From an uncultured Candidatus Saccharibacteria bacterium (lineage in GTDB: Bacteria > Patescibacteriota > Minisyncoccia > CAIUEV01 > JAHKAQ01), in NCBI GenBank assembly GCA_964598205.1, contig CAZRBB010000005.1:5721-69720 (forward strand): a DNA stretch of 64,000 nucleotides, in the 5' to 3' direction. The notes under the pieces are model-generated. The model made no database searches. It was not told the DNA's origin and saw nothing but the letters and a program-made list of their open reading frames with translations. Shown piece by piece: positions 47,968 through 56,781 of the stretch (position 1 is its first letter; each line of letters begins with the position of its first letter). A program made the position numbers and the translations under genes.

Positions 47968-49268
47968 TATGACATTAACCATTCCTCTTCCTGTCTAATC
48001 AATAAAGACGGAGCTTTGCTGGGATCTTCTAGAATTTCTTTTACAATTTTTTCCATCCGCATTCCCTGAGATCCCTTCACTAACGCTACCACCTTTTTAT
48101 CTAAGAGAAGTTTTAGGGCCTCAATCAATTCTTGCTGAGTTAAAAAATGTTCGGCTATTTTTTTATCAGAAGCACCAATTTTCTTCTTAACCATTCTATG
48201 AATTTCTAACGCCGCTTCTCCTATGGTAAAAATAACATCCGCCGAACCAGCCGCCGCCAGCCCTACCTCCCTATGAGCCAAAACTTCTTTTTCTCCCAAC
48301 TCAAGCATGTCTCCCAAAACAGCAATCCGCAAAACAGCCGGCGCTTCTTTTAGGATTTCTAAAGCATTGACCATTGATTTTGGCGCAGAAGCATTGTAAG
48401 TATCGTCTAAAACAATGCTCCCGTTCATTCCCTTTAAAATATTTAATCTCCCCCTAGGCGAGCGATATTTAGAAAGTGCTTCTCCAATCTCCAAAAGATT
48501 CATTCCTAAAGCCGTTCCCACTGCCGCTCCAGCCAAGACGGCGTAAATCTGGCTCCTTCCTAATGCTCCCCAAAGCCTAACCGGAATCACCCTCTCTTTA
48601 TACATCAATTTAAAGCTCATTCCCCATTCCTCGGGATGCGTAAAACGACCAAAATTTAGAATAAGATTAGAAGCCCTAATTAAATTTTTTTCTCCCAAAC
48701 CAAAAGTTAAGACAGCGGCCTTGGTTTTTCCTAGATTATTTATTAATCCCAAATCATCACCACAAACCACCGCCCAACCGTCAACTGGCAGATTTTTAAT
48801 GATTTCTGTTTTTTCGCTTAGTGTTGCTTCTAGGTTTTTAAAATATTTTAAATGACTAAAGGTAGCGTTGGTAATTACTGCTATTTTTGGTGGCGCTATT
48901 GCTACTAATTTTTTAATATCTCCTGGTTTTCCCGCTCCCATTTCTAAAATCAAAAACGGTTTTATTTTCTCTTTTCCAGAAGCAATATTCCTTAATTTTT
49001 TCAAAGCCCCTAACCAAAAAGCAGTATCTGTTTTTTTCCCCTCGGCAAATCCAGCAATCGCCAAAGGCAATCCTAGTTCGCTATTCAAACTTCCCCGAGA
49101 ACGAGAAACAGAAAAACGGCTTTTTAGGACAGTGTAAATTGCCTCTTTGGCGCTAGTTTTCCCCAAACTACCAGTTACCCCAACAATCAAAGGATTATTC
49201 TTTTCCACCGCTTTTTTAGCTAACCTCCCCGCTGACATTTCTACAATTTTTTTAAATACTTTTTTCAT
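47967..49268 (-). CDS. murF: UDP-N-acetylmuramoyl-tripeptide--D-Ala-D-Ala ligase
   Basis: VTGSLGKTS, LEMG, DDTYNA, LGDMLELG, KGSQGMRME. Confidence 0.92.
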   Translation of the reverse strand: MKKVFKKIVEMSAGRLAKKAVEKNNPLIVGVTGSLGKTSAKEAIYTVLKSRFSVSRSRGSLNSELGLPLAIAGFAEGKKTDTAFWLGALKKLRNIASGKEKIKPFLILEMGAGKPGDIKKLVAIAPPKIAVITNATFSHLKYFKNLEATLSEKTEIIKNLPVDGWAVVCGDDLGLINNLGKTKAAVLTFGLGEKNLIRASNLILNFGRFTHPEEWGMSFKLMYKERVIPVRLWGALGRSQIYAVLAGAAVGTALGMNLLEIGEALSKYRSPRGRLNILKGMNGSIVLDDTYNASAPKSMVNALEILKEAPAVLRIAVLGDMLELGEKEVLAHREVGLAAAGSADVIFTIGEAALEIHRMVKKKIGASDKKIAEHFLTQQELIEALKLLLDKKVVALVKGSQGMRMEKIVKEILEDPSKAPSLLIRQEEEWLMS

Positions 49269-49320
49269 ATTTTTTTATTATTCCTTCTCTTTACCTTTTA
49301 CTCTTTATAAGCTCGCAATC

Positions 49321-51240
49321 TTACAAAGAGAATCCTTCTTGTCCCGCCGCTGCTTCTTCCCTAGCCTTCTTTAAATCTTCTTCGTTGAATTGCATTAAGC
49401 GATCGTAATATTGTTGCTCTTCTGGCTTAATCTCTTTGGTTGGGAAAATATGATAAAAATCGAGCAGAAAATTATTTAATTTTCCCGTAATCGGCGCCGC
49501 TGAGTCAGAAGAAAAATTAACTTTTCTTGCTCTATCCAATCGTACCAATGTTACAAACCGTGGATCTTCCGCCGGTCCAAAGCCCATGTAACTATGAATA
49601 GTATCATTCCCATATCCAGGACCGTCTAGATTAGGCATCTGTGCCGTCCCTGTTTTTCCGCCCACTTCATAACCGGGAATATTCGCTTTTTTACTCCAAC
49701 CATTCTTCACCACAGAAACCAACATCTCTCTCATTTTCTTAGAAGTCTCTGGGCTAATCACTCTCCTTTTTGCTTCTGGAAAAACTTTTTCAATTTTTCC
49801 GCCAGGATAAATAAAGCGTTCCACTATTTGCGGTTTCATTAATTCTCCTCCATTCACCACTGCCGAAAAAGCCGTAACCAACTGCAAAGAAGTCACCGAA
49901 ACGCCCTGACCAAAAGCAGAAGTGGCAAAATTAATATCCCGTAAAAATTTAAGATTAGCCAAATCTCCACTAGCTTCTCCCGTAAGCTCAATCCCTGTTG
50001 TTTCTCCAAAACCATATTTCTTTAAATAATCTAAGAATTTTTCCTTAGGAACAGATTGCATTGCCCAAATCGCTCCAGTATTTAAAGAAAGTTCCAAGGC
50101 TCGAGTAAGCGTTGTTTCTCCGTTAGCCACCATGTTTGCATTGTGAATATTAAACCCTCCCACCGAATAAACTCCTTTATCAAAATAAGTAGAATCCGGC
50201 TTTAATCCTCCTGCTTCTAGTGCAATAGAAAAGGTAAAAGGTTTAAAAATAGACCCCGGCTCAAACTGATAAGCAATACTATTATTCTTAAAAAGAGCAC
50301 TGTCTTCTACTAACCCAAAATCATTATTGTTAAATGTTGGCTGATTAGCCATGGCAATAATCGCTCCCGTTTTGGGATCCATCACTAAAATTGAACCAGA
50401 AGTGGCTTCATATTTAGCGAGCGATTCTTTTAAAAGTTTTTCTACAAAATACTGGACTGTTTGATCAATCGTTAAAACAATCTCTGCTCCATCCTTGGGT
50501 TGTTCTAGGACTCTTTCTTTAATAGGAATCCACCGGCCAGCAGTATCTTTTTCGGCTTTCATAAATCCCGACTCTCCTTCTAAAATATTGTTAAAATAGT
50601 TTTCAATCCCATAACGCCCCTCCCGTTTCTCTCCATTATTACCAACAAAACCCAGCACCTGAGAAAGAAATTCCCCCTCAGAATAATAGCGCCAATCTTC
50701 ACCTAAAAGCCCTACCCCCTTCATCTTTTTTTCTAAAAGCTGCCGAGATTCTTCTTTTGTTAACTTTTTTTTGATTACCTCATAAGGATCATTCTTCTTT
50801 AAAACTTTTTGTCTAATCCCCTCTTCATCCAAACTTAAAATCGTAGCCAGCGTTTTTACCGTTCCTTCAATATCTTCTATTTCTTTAGGCACAATAAAAA
50901 CTAAATCGCGTTTTTCATTAGTAGCTACCGGAATAAAATTATCCGTTCCATCTTTTAGGTAAACTTGCCCACGAGAAGGAGCTAATTGTTCAGAAAATTG
51001 ATACTGTTTCTGAGCTCTAGCACTTAGTATTTTTTGACTAAAAATCTGTAAAAAAAACAACCGTCCTCCAATAGTCAGTGTAGTAGTAAAAAAAAAGAAA
51101 ATAACTACCCAGCATCGCCAATCATTTTTTGGAGAAGCATTCCTCCCTCGCGATTTCTTTTCGTAAGAAACAGAAATCACCCCCGGCCGGCAATGTTTCA
51201 TTTTTAAGACCAGTCTTTTCTTTTTTTTGAATATCCTCAT
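49321..51240 (-). CDS. ftsI: Class B penicillin-binding protein (FtsI/PBP2 family)
   Basis: EPGSIFK (SxxK), SLN (SxN), KTGTAQ; dcw cluster position. Confidence 0.88.
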   Translation of the reverse strand: MRIFKKKKRLVLKMKHCRPGVISVSYEKKSRGRNASPKNDWRCWVVIFFFFTTTLTIGGRLFFLQIFSQKILSARAQKQYQFSEQLAPSRGQVYLKDGTDNFIPVATNEKRDLVFIVPKEIEDIEGTVKTLATILSLDEEGIRQKVLKKNDPYEVIKKKLTKEESRQLLEKKMKGVGLLGEDWRYYSEGEFLSQVLGFVGNNGEKREGRYGIENYFNNILEGESGFMKAEKDTAGRWIPIKERVLEQPKDGAEIVLTIDQTVQYFVEKLLKESLAKYEATSGSILVMDPKTGAIIAMANQPTFNNNDFGLVEDSALFKNNSIAYQFEPGSIFKPFTFSIALEAGGLKPDSTYFDKGVYSVGGFNIHNANMVANGETTLTRALELSLNTGAIWAMQSVPKEKFLDYLKKYGFGETTGIELTGEASGDLANLKFLRDINFATSAFGQGVSVTSLQLVTAFSAVVNGGELMKPQIVERFIYPGGKIEKVFPEAKRRVISPETSKKMREMLVSVVKNGWSKKANIPGYEVGGKTGTAQMPNLDGPGYGNDTIHSYMGFGPAEDPRFVTLVRLDRARKVNFSSDSAAPITGKLNNFLLDFYHIFPTKEIKPEEQQYYDRLMQFNEEDLKKAREEAAAGQEGFSL

Positions 51241-51258
51241 TAAATAAAATCATTTGGT

Positions 51259-51705
51259 CTAAAATGTTGCTGCCTTTTTAATAACAGATTTTCCTCTAGT
51301 CTTGTAATGATCAACTCCTGACGACTCATCCCAGTCATAAGAATAATGAAGAATTTTTTCTTCTATTTCGTAGTAACTGATTTTTGCAGGGTCCACTTCC
51401 CACATATTTATCTTTTCTAAATTTTCTTTTATTTGATTAGTGGAACGCAACTTAGCCGCCTCCAATTCCAAGCTCGCCCTTTCCTTTTTTAGTTCAGACA
51501 ATTTATTATCATATTTTTCTATCTCGTAACCATAGGTCGCTGTCCGGTTAGCCTGAACCAAATAAAACAATGAAAGAAGGCAAATAATTAAAACAGTTGC
51601 CAAACCAACGGCCGTTGTTCCACATTTAAAAGGAAGACTAAGCCGTGAACAGCGAGCATTCCCCGGTTTAATTTTCTTTTTAAAAATATCAATTTTTTCT
51701 ACCAT
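51259..51705 (-). CDS. FtsL-like cell division protein
   Basis: One TM plus a short coiled coil, located between rsmH and ftsI. Confidence 0.65.
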   Translation of the reverse strand: MVEKIDIFKKKIKPGNARCSRLSLPFKCGTTAVGLATVLIICLLSLFYLVQANRTATYGYEIEKYDNKLSELKKERASLELEAAKLRSTNQIKENLEKINMWEVDPAKISYYEIEEKILHYSYDWDESSGVDHYKTRGKSVIKKAATF

Positions 51706-51713
51706 TTTTATTT

Positions 51714-52637
51714 TTAGATCTTCTCTACTACTCTTAATTTGGCGCTCCGTGATCGAGGATTTTCTTTTCTTTCTTCCTCGCTCGGAGTTATTGGTTTTTT
51801 ATTTAGCCTTTTTAAAACTGGCCGATGACCGCAAGTGCATTGCCAAGCATCTTCTTCGCAAATACACCCTTGACTTTCCTTTCTAAAAAAATTCTTAACC
51901 AATCGATCTTCTAGGGAATGAAAGGAAATTATTCCTAATCGACCACCTTTTTTTAAACATCCCACCGCTTCCGGTAAAAATTCTTCCAAATTAGAAAGCT
52001 CCTTATTAACCGCAATCCTTAGTGCCATAAAAATCTTGGTCGCTGGATTAATTTTAAAATTTCGACTTTTCCCCTTGTAATGCTTTTCTATTAACTCTTT
52101 TAGCTCCTGCGATTTTTCCCAGAGCTTTCTTTTCCTCCGCTCAACAATTAATTTAGCTATCGGTTCTGCCTCCCTTTCCTCTCCATATTCCCTAAAAATC
52201 CGCACCAGTTCATTTTCTTTTTCTTCATTTAAAATTTCCGCAGCCGTCTTCTCTATTGAACTGTCTAATCGCAAATCCAGTTTTTCATCTTTTTGAAAAC
52301 TTAAGCCCGGAGTTCTTTCTAATTGATCAGAAGAAAATCCCAAATCCGCCAAAATCATTGATACTGATTCAATCTTTAATTTTTGAATGATCTTTTTAAT
52401 ATTTTTAAAATTCCCTAAAACTACCTTAAAATTTTTCCCAACTACCAATCTTTGACCAGCATTCTCCTGATCAAAGTCAATTCCCGCTACCATTCCCTCG
52501 GAACCAACTCTTTTTAAGATCTCCTTAGCATGACCGCCACCGCCCAAAGTACAATCCACAAAGATTTCCCCTTTCGCTGGATCAAGCAATTTCAAAACCT
52601 CCTCTAAAAGAACCGGGGAATGCTTTGTTTCTGGCAT
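51714..52637 (-). CDS. rsmH: 16S rRNA C1402 N4-methyltransferase
   Basis: HSPVLLEEV, DCTLGGGGH, ISFHSLEDR, NPRSRSAKLR; start reassigned to ATG 52637, just after the mraZ stop. Confidence 0.96.
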   Translation of the reverse strand: MPETKHSPVLLEEVLKLLDPAKGEIFVDCTLGGGGHAKEILKRVGSEGMVAGIDFDQENAGQRLVVGKNFKVVLGNFKNIKKIIQKLKIESVSMILADLGFSSDQLERTPGLSFQKDEKLDLRLDSSIEKTAAEILNEEKENELVRIFREYGEEREAEPIAKLIVERRKRKLWEKSQELKELIEKHYKGKSRNFKINPATKIFMALRIAVNKELSNLEEFLPEAVGCLKKGGRLGIISFHSLEDRLVKNFFRKESQGCICEEDAWQCTCGHRPVLKRLNKKPITPSEEERKENPRSRSAKLRVVEKI

Positions 52638-52639
52638 TC

Positions 52640-53074
52640 TTAGTAAGCTCCCAGTTCTCCTAATTTTTCTGCTACCTTTTCGGTATCTTTCTCCGCTTTT
52701 TCTTTGTAGGCTTTCCATTGTTTTTCTTCCCAAATTTCCAATCTATTAAAAAGTCCGTTGATCACCGCATTTTTTCCTAAAACAGCATAGTCCTTTAAAT
52801 ATTCAGGAATTAGAATTCTTCCCAATCCATCTAGTTTCACTTCCGAAGCTCCAGCTAACATTAAACGCACAAAACTACGAGTTCCTCCTTCTCCAATCGG
52901 CATCTTCCCTAACTTAAAAGCAATTTCTTCCCATGCTTTCTTGGAGTACAAAAACAAACAACGATCCAATCCCCTAGTAATAACGGCTGATCTACCCAGT
53001 TCATCTCTAAATTTAACCGGCACCGCCAACCTGTTCTTAGCATCTAAGTTATGACTGTACTCTCCAATAAACAT
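52640..53074 (-). CDS. mraZ: Transcriptional regulator MraZ
   Basis: MFIGEY.H.LD.KNRL..P, D..GRILIP, RLEIW. Confidence 0.97.
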   Translation of the reverse strand: MFIGEYSHNLDAKNRLAVPVKFRDELGRSAVITRGLDRCLFLYSKKAWEEIAFKLGKMPIGEGGTRSFVRLMLAGASEVKLDGLGRILIPEYLKDYAVLGKNAVINGLFNRLEIWEEKQWKAYKEKAEKDTEKVAEKLGELGAY

Positions 53075-53080
53075 TCTGGA

Positions 53081-53147
53081 ATATTAACACTTTTACCCAC
53101 TTTTAAACACTTAAAAACATTTTAACCCACAATAAAAAGAGAGTCAA
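53081..53147 (-). promoter_or_regulatory. dcw promoter with MraZ-box-like 10-bp periodic repeats
   Basis: Five GTG/ATG boxes at 10-nt spacing (two are GTGGG); TTGACT-17nt-TAAAAT overlaps them. Confidence 0.75.
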
Positions 53148-53184
53148 CTAAGAACAATCAGAACCGTTTTTCCCAAAAAGCGCC

Positions 53185-54036
53185 TTATTTTTTAATTTTT
53201 GACTTTTTTCCTAAAGAAAGAGAAAGAGCTTTTATTTGTTTATCTTTTTGATTCAATTGATCTTCAAAAAAGATAAGGTTTCTAGTCACCTCTTCTTTCA
53301 TTCCTTGCTTTTCTTTTTCTAAAATTTTAGTCTTTAGTGAAAGTTTTTTATTATTTTTTTGAAGCATTGCTAAATCTTCTTGTAGCGCAGAAACAGCCAA
53401 GCTATGAGCCATAATAGCCGCTTTTAATTCTTTTTCCCGTCCCGAAAGTGCCTCTTCTAAAAAACTCATTTCTTTCTTCCAAGAACTTTTTTGACTATTT
53501 AAATTTCCTTCTTTTTCTAAAAAACTTTTCCTCTCTCTTGCCACTTCACTCTTTAGCTCATCATTTTTTTTCCTCGCTACTAACAGCTCTTTTTCTAATA
53601 CTATCTTTGCAATTTCCCCTTCTTTCTTTTGATTTTCCTCTTTTTTCCGCAACTCTTTTTTAAAAAAAAGTAATTGCTCCGCCTTTGCGGAACTTTCTTT
53701 TAAAGTTTCTAACCGATTAATATTTTCTCCTATTAGTTGATCCTTCTTCTTTAATTCTTCTTCTAAAACATTAAGACTTTCCTTGACCAAACTTTCTAAC
53801 TTTTCCTTTTCTTCCCTTACTTTTTGAATCTCTGTAGAGAGTTTTTTTTGATTCGCCTTCTTTTTTTTATTCTTAATCTCTGTCTTTATCTTTTTCTCTT
53901 GGGGAAAAATTTTAGTTTCCACGGCAAAGCCCCAATCAATAAGAACCGTCCCCTTCTCTTTATCTTTTTGACTCTTGCAAAAATGAGTCTCCCCTTTTTG
54001 GTATTTACCCAAATCTTTTGTAAATTTAATCAACAT
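53185..54036 (-). CDS. Coiled-coil hypothetical protein with a small N-terminal globular domain
   Basis: Long K/E-rich heptad region after about residue 45. Confidence 0.7.
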   Translation of the reverse strand: MLIKFTKDLGKYQKGETHFCKSQKDKEKGTVLIDWGFAVETKIFPQEKKIKTEIKNKKKKANQKKLSTEIQKVREEKEKLESLVKESLNVLEEELKKKDQLIGENINRLETLKESSAKAEQLLFFKKELRKKEENQKKEGEIAKIVLEKELLVARKKNDELKSEVARERKSFLEKEGNLNSQKSSWKKEMSFLEEALSGREKELKAAIMAHSLAVSALQEDLAMLQKNNKKLSLKTKILEKEKQGMKEEVTRNLIFFEDQLNQKDKQIKALSLSLGKKSKIKK

Positions 54037-54649
54037 TGGTTTTCTTTATTTTTGCTAATTTTAAAAAACACCAAAATTTTAAGTTAGATAATTTTACCTT
54101 CTCCTTCTCCTTTTCTTCTTCTACTTCCTTTTGATCTTCTTCCTGATTCAATGTTAATGTTTCCGTTTCCAATCCCTTTGAGTTTTCTGTTCCCGGCTCC
54201 ACTAAAAAATCCATCAAACTACTTTCTGTTTCTTCTCTAATGTTTTCTACTGGCACTTCCTTGGAAACTACCTTCTCAATCTTAAAAGATTCTTCTTCTG
54301 CTTCTTTTAAAAATTCGCTTACAGTTTTTTCGGCTTGATAAAGCTCTTCATTTAAAAAACTAAGCTGTTCCCTCTTTTTATCTAGCTGATTTCTTAACAC
54401 CAAAAACTTTTTTTCAAAGAAGAAAATTTCATCCTTCCCTTCGGTTAAACCAGCCAAAAGCCGATCCTGTTCTTTTTTAAAACGGACTAGTTCTTCTTTT
54501 TTAAACTTATATTTTCCATTTTTTTCTTCTGGATTCAAAAAAACCGGTCGCAATATTTTTTTATCAATAAAAGCCAAAAGATCTTCTTCTTTAATGTCCA
54601 AGAACTCCAAAGCCTCTTTTATCTTTACTAATGCCAATTTTGATTCCAT
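54026..54649 (-). CDS. Hypothetical protein with an N-terminal excisionase/MerR-like HTH and a coiled coil
   Basis: LVKIKEALEFLDI...KYKFKKEEL pattern. Confidence 0.55.
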   Translation of the reverse strand: MESKLALVKIKEALEFLDIKEEDLLAFIDKKILRPVFLNPEEKNGKYKFKKEELVRFKKEQDRLLAGLTEGKDEIFFFEKKFLVLRNQLDKKREQLSFLNEELYQAEKTVSEFLKEAEEESFKIEKVVSKEVPVENIREETESSLMDFLVEPGTENSKGLETETLTLNQEEDQKEVEEEKEKEKVKLSNLKFWCFLKLAKIKKTNVD

Positions 54650-54802
54650 TTTTTAAATTCTAGATTTGCTTAAAGGACCTAGTTTTGTAGCACAGCCCTT
54701 TCTTATTGGCAAGAGGAAGGCTATAATTATTCAAAGGTCGAATCACTGTTTATCTAAAAACAAAATATTTACTAAGCTTAAAATCTAAATAAATCAACCT
54801 TT

Positions 54803-55804
54803 ATGGAAAAAATAATAAAAATAATTCCCGAAAAATTAAAAGAAGGCGATGAAATAAGAGTAATCGCTCCGTCTCAGTCTTTGGCTATTATTTCCGAAGA
54901 AATCAAAACAATAGCTTTAGAGCGTTTTTTTGAAATCAACATTCAAATAACTTTTGGAGAAAACGCAGAAGAAAAAGACGAAACCAATTCCAGTCGAATT
55001 GATTCCCGCATTAAAGACTTGCACCAAGCTTTTAGCGACCCCAAGGTTAAAGGAATATTAACGGTCTTGGGTGGTTTTAATAGCAATCAGCTCCTAGATT
55101 ATTTGGATTGGGAACTAATCAAGAAAAATCCCAAAATCTTTTGCGGTTTTGCCGACATCACCGCCCTAAATAATGCCATCTTTCAAAAAACGGGTCTGGT
55201 CAACTATTCTGGTCCCGACTTCTCTACTTTTGGTCAAAGACTTTATTTTGAATACACGCTAGAATATTTTAAAAAATGCTTGTTTCTGAATTACCCTTTT
55301 TATTGTGGCGCCTCCAAGGAATGGAGCGACGATTCCTGGTTTTTGGATCAAAACAACCGAAGTCTAACCACTAATAGTGGCCTATCTTTAATCAAAGAAG
55401 GAGAAGCAGAGGGAACAATTGTTGGAGGTAACCTAAGTACTTTTAGGCTACTTCAGGGAACACAATATTTTCCAAGCTTGGAGGGTACCATTCTTTTTAT
55501 AGAAGAAGACGGCGAAATTCCACTAGAAAAACTAGATAGGGATCTACAATCACTGATCCATCTTCCTGATTTTAAGGGGGTAAAGGGAATGATTTTTGGC
55601 CGATTCCAAAGAGGAAGTAGTTTAGATGAATACAAAATCAAACAGTTAGTTGATTCCAAAAAGGAACTTGCTAATTTACCCATGATTGCTGGAGTAGACT
55701 TTGGCCATACCGATCCTAAAATCACTTTTCCTATTGGCGGCAAAGCCAGAATCAAAGCCTACGAAGCAATGGAGCATTTAGAGCTAGAGATATTAGAACA
55801 CTAA
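54803..55804 (+). CDS. S66 family (LD-carboxypeptidase/MccF-like) protein with the nucleophile Ser replaced by Ala
   Basis: IAPS, GGFNSNQLL, GFADIT (canonical G[YF]SDIT), GGNL, FIEE, FGHT. Confidence 0.88.
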   Translation: MEKIIKIIPEKLKEGDEIRVIAPSQSLAIISEEIKTIALERFFEINIQITFGENAEEKDETNSSRIDSRIKDLHQAFSDPKVKGILTVLGGFNSNQLLDYLDWELIKKNPKIFCGFADITALNNAIFQKTGLVNYSGPDFSTFGQRLYFEYTLEYFKKCLFLNYPFYCGASKEWSDDSWFLDQNNRSLTTNSGLSLIKEGEAEGTIVGGNLSTFRLLQGTQYFPSLEGTILFIEEDGEIPLEKLDRDLQSLIHLPDFKGVKGMIFGRFQRGSSLDEYKIKQLVDSKKELANLPMIAGVDFGHTDPKITFPIGGKARIKAYEAMEHLELEILEH

Positions 55805-55810
55805 TAAGCC

Positions 55811-56776
55811 ATGCCCACACTACAACTCTATTCTAATTGGTGGTGGATTCGTTTTCTTTTAACACAAAAGTGCAACCAAAAATGCCCCGACTGTTCTCTT
55901 TGTGAGCTTAAAAAAAACAAGGATGATTTTATAGATCCCAAAAAAATTATTGATGCTTTTAGAGTCTTTTCTCTTTGGGGTTATCGGAATGTCACTCTTT
56001 ACGGAGGAGAACCACTGCTTCATCCTTCTTTCCTTAATATTTACAACAAAGCTCAGCACTTTTTCCCAAATATCCAAGTATTTACCAACGGAACAATTAC
56101 CTTCCCAATAAAAATTGTTCCTAGAAAAACAGATTTTTTTATTTTCAATTTTGACTTTAATAAAAATAAAACCTTTATTAAAAATGTTTTCTTTTTAAGG
56201 AAAAATATTCATCCTCACTTGAATTTTAGCATTATTGTTCAGAAAGAAACCGATATTAATCAATTAAAAGCTGATTTGAATTTTTTTGTTAAAAACAATC
56301 TTCAGGATTTTTCTGTTCGTATTTCCATGAACTGTTTTGCAGATATCCTAAAAGAAAAGAAAATTCTTAATCAGAAAATAGTCAGTTTAATAGGCGTTCT
56401 GCAAGAATTGGGTATCCCTTGTGGAATGGCACAAAAAATCCCTCTCTGTTTTTTTCTTTTTCCACTAAAAAAAATCATTAAGTCAACAGTGAATCCCTTT
56501 TGTGGGAAAGAATGTGGTGGTCTTATAGACCCGAATTTTAATATTTTATCTTGTGGAGCGCTATATCGTTACGAGATTAACCCTAGAGATATTAAACCAA
56601 AAAATATGTTTTATAAAAACAAAATTATTTCTCGCAAAAAACATCAAGAAGTGCTTAAACAAATTCTTAAAATTAAATTAAAAAGAAAATCTCCTGATCC
56701 AAAATGCCAAGCTTGCGAATACTACAAAAGAAGAGATTGTGACAGTACCGGCTGTTTTCCTTATACTAAACCATAG
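55811..56776 (+). CDS. Radical SAM protein with a Cys-rich (SPASM/twitch-like) C-terminus
   Basis: CNQKCPDC, GGEPLLHP, FTNG; C-terminal CGKEC...C...CQACEY...C...GC. Confidence 0.88.
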   Translation: MPTLQLYSNWWWIRFLLTQKCNQKCPDCSLCELKKNKDDFIDPKKIIDAFRVFSLWGYRNVTLYGGEPLLHPSFLNIYNKAQHFFPNIQVFTNGTITFPIKIVPRKTDFFIFNFDFNKNKTFIKNVFFLRKNIHPHLNFSIIVQKETDINQLKADLNFFVKNNLQDFSVRISMNCFADILKEKKILNQKIVSLIGVLQELGIPCGMAQKIPLCFFLFPLKKIIKSTVNPFCGKECGGLIDPNFNILSCGALYRYEINPRDIKPKNMFYKNKIISRKKHQEVLKQILKIKLKRKSPDPKCQACEYYKRRDCDSTGCFPYTKP

Positions 56777-56781
56777 ACAAA

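Noticed and set aside
52638-52733. N-terminal extension of rsmH in the ORF track
   Set aside because: It overlaps mraZ by about 95 nt; ATG 52637 gives the canonical start just before the HxPV motif
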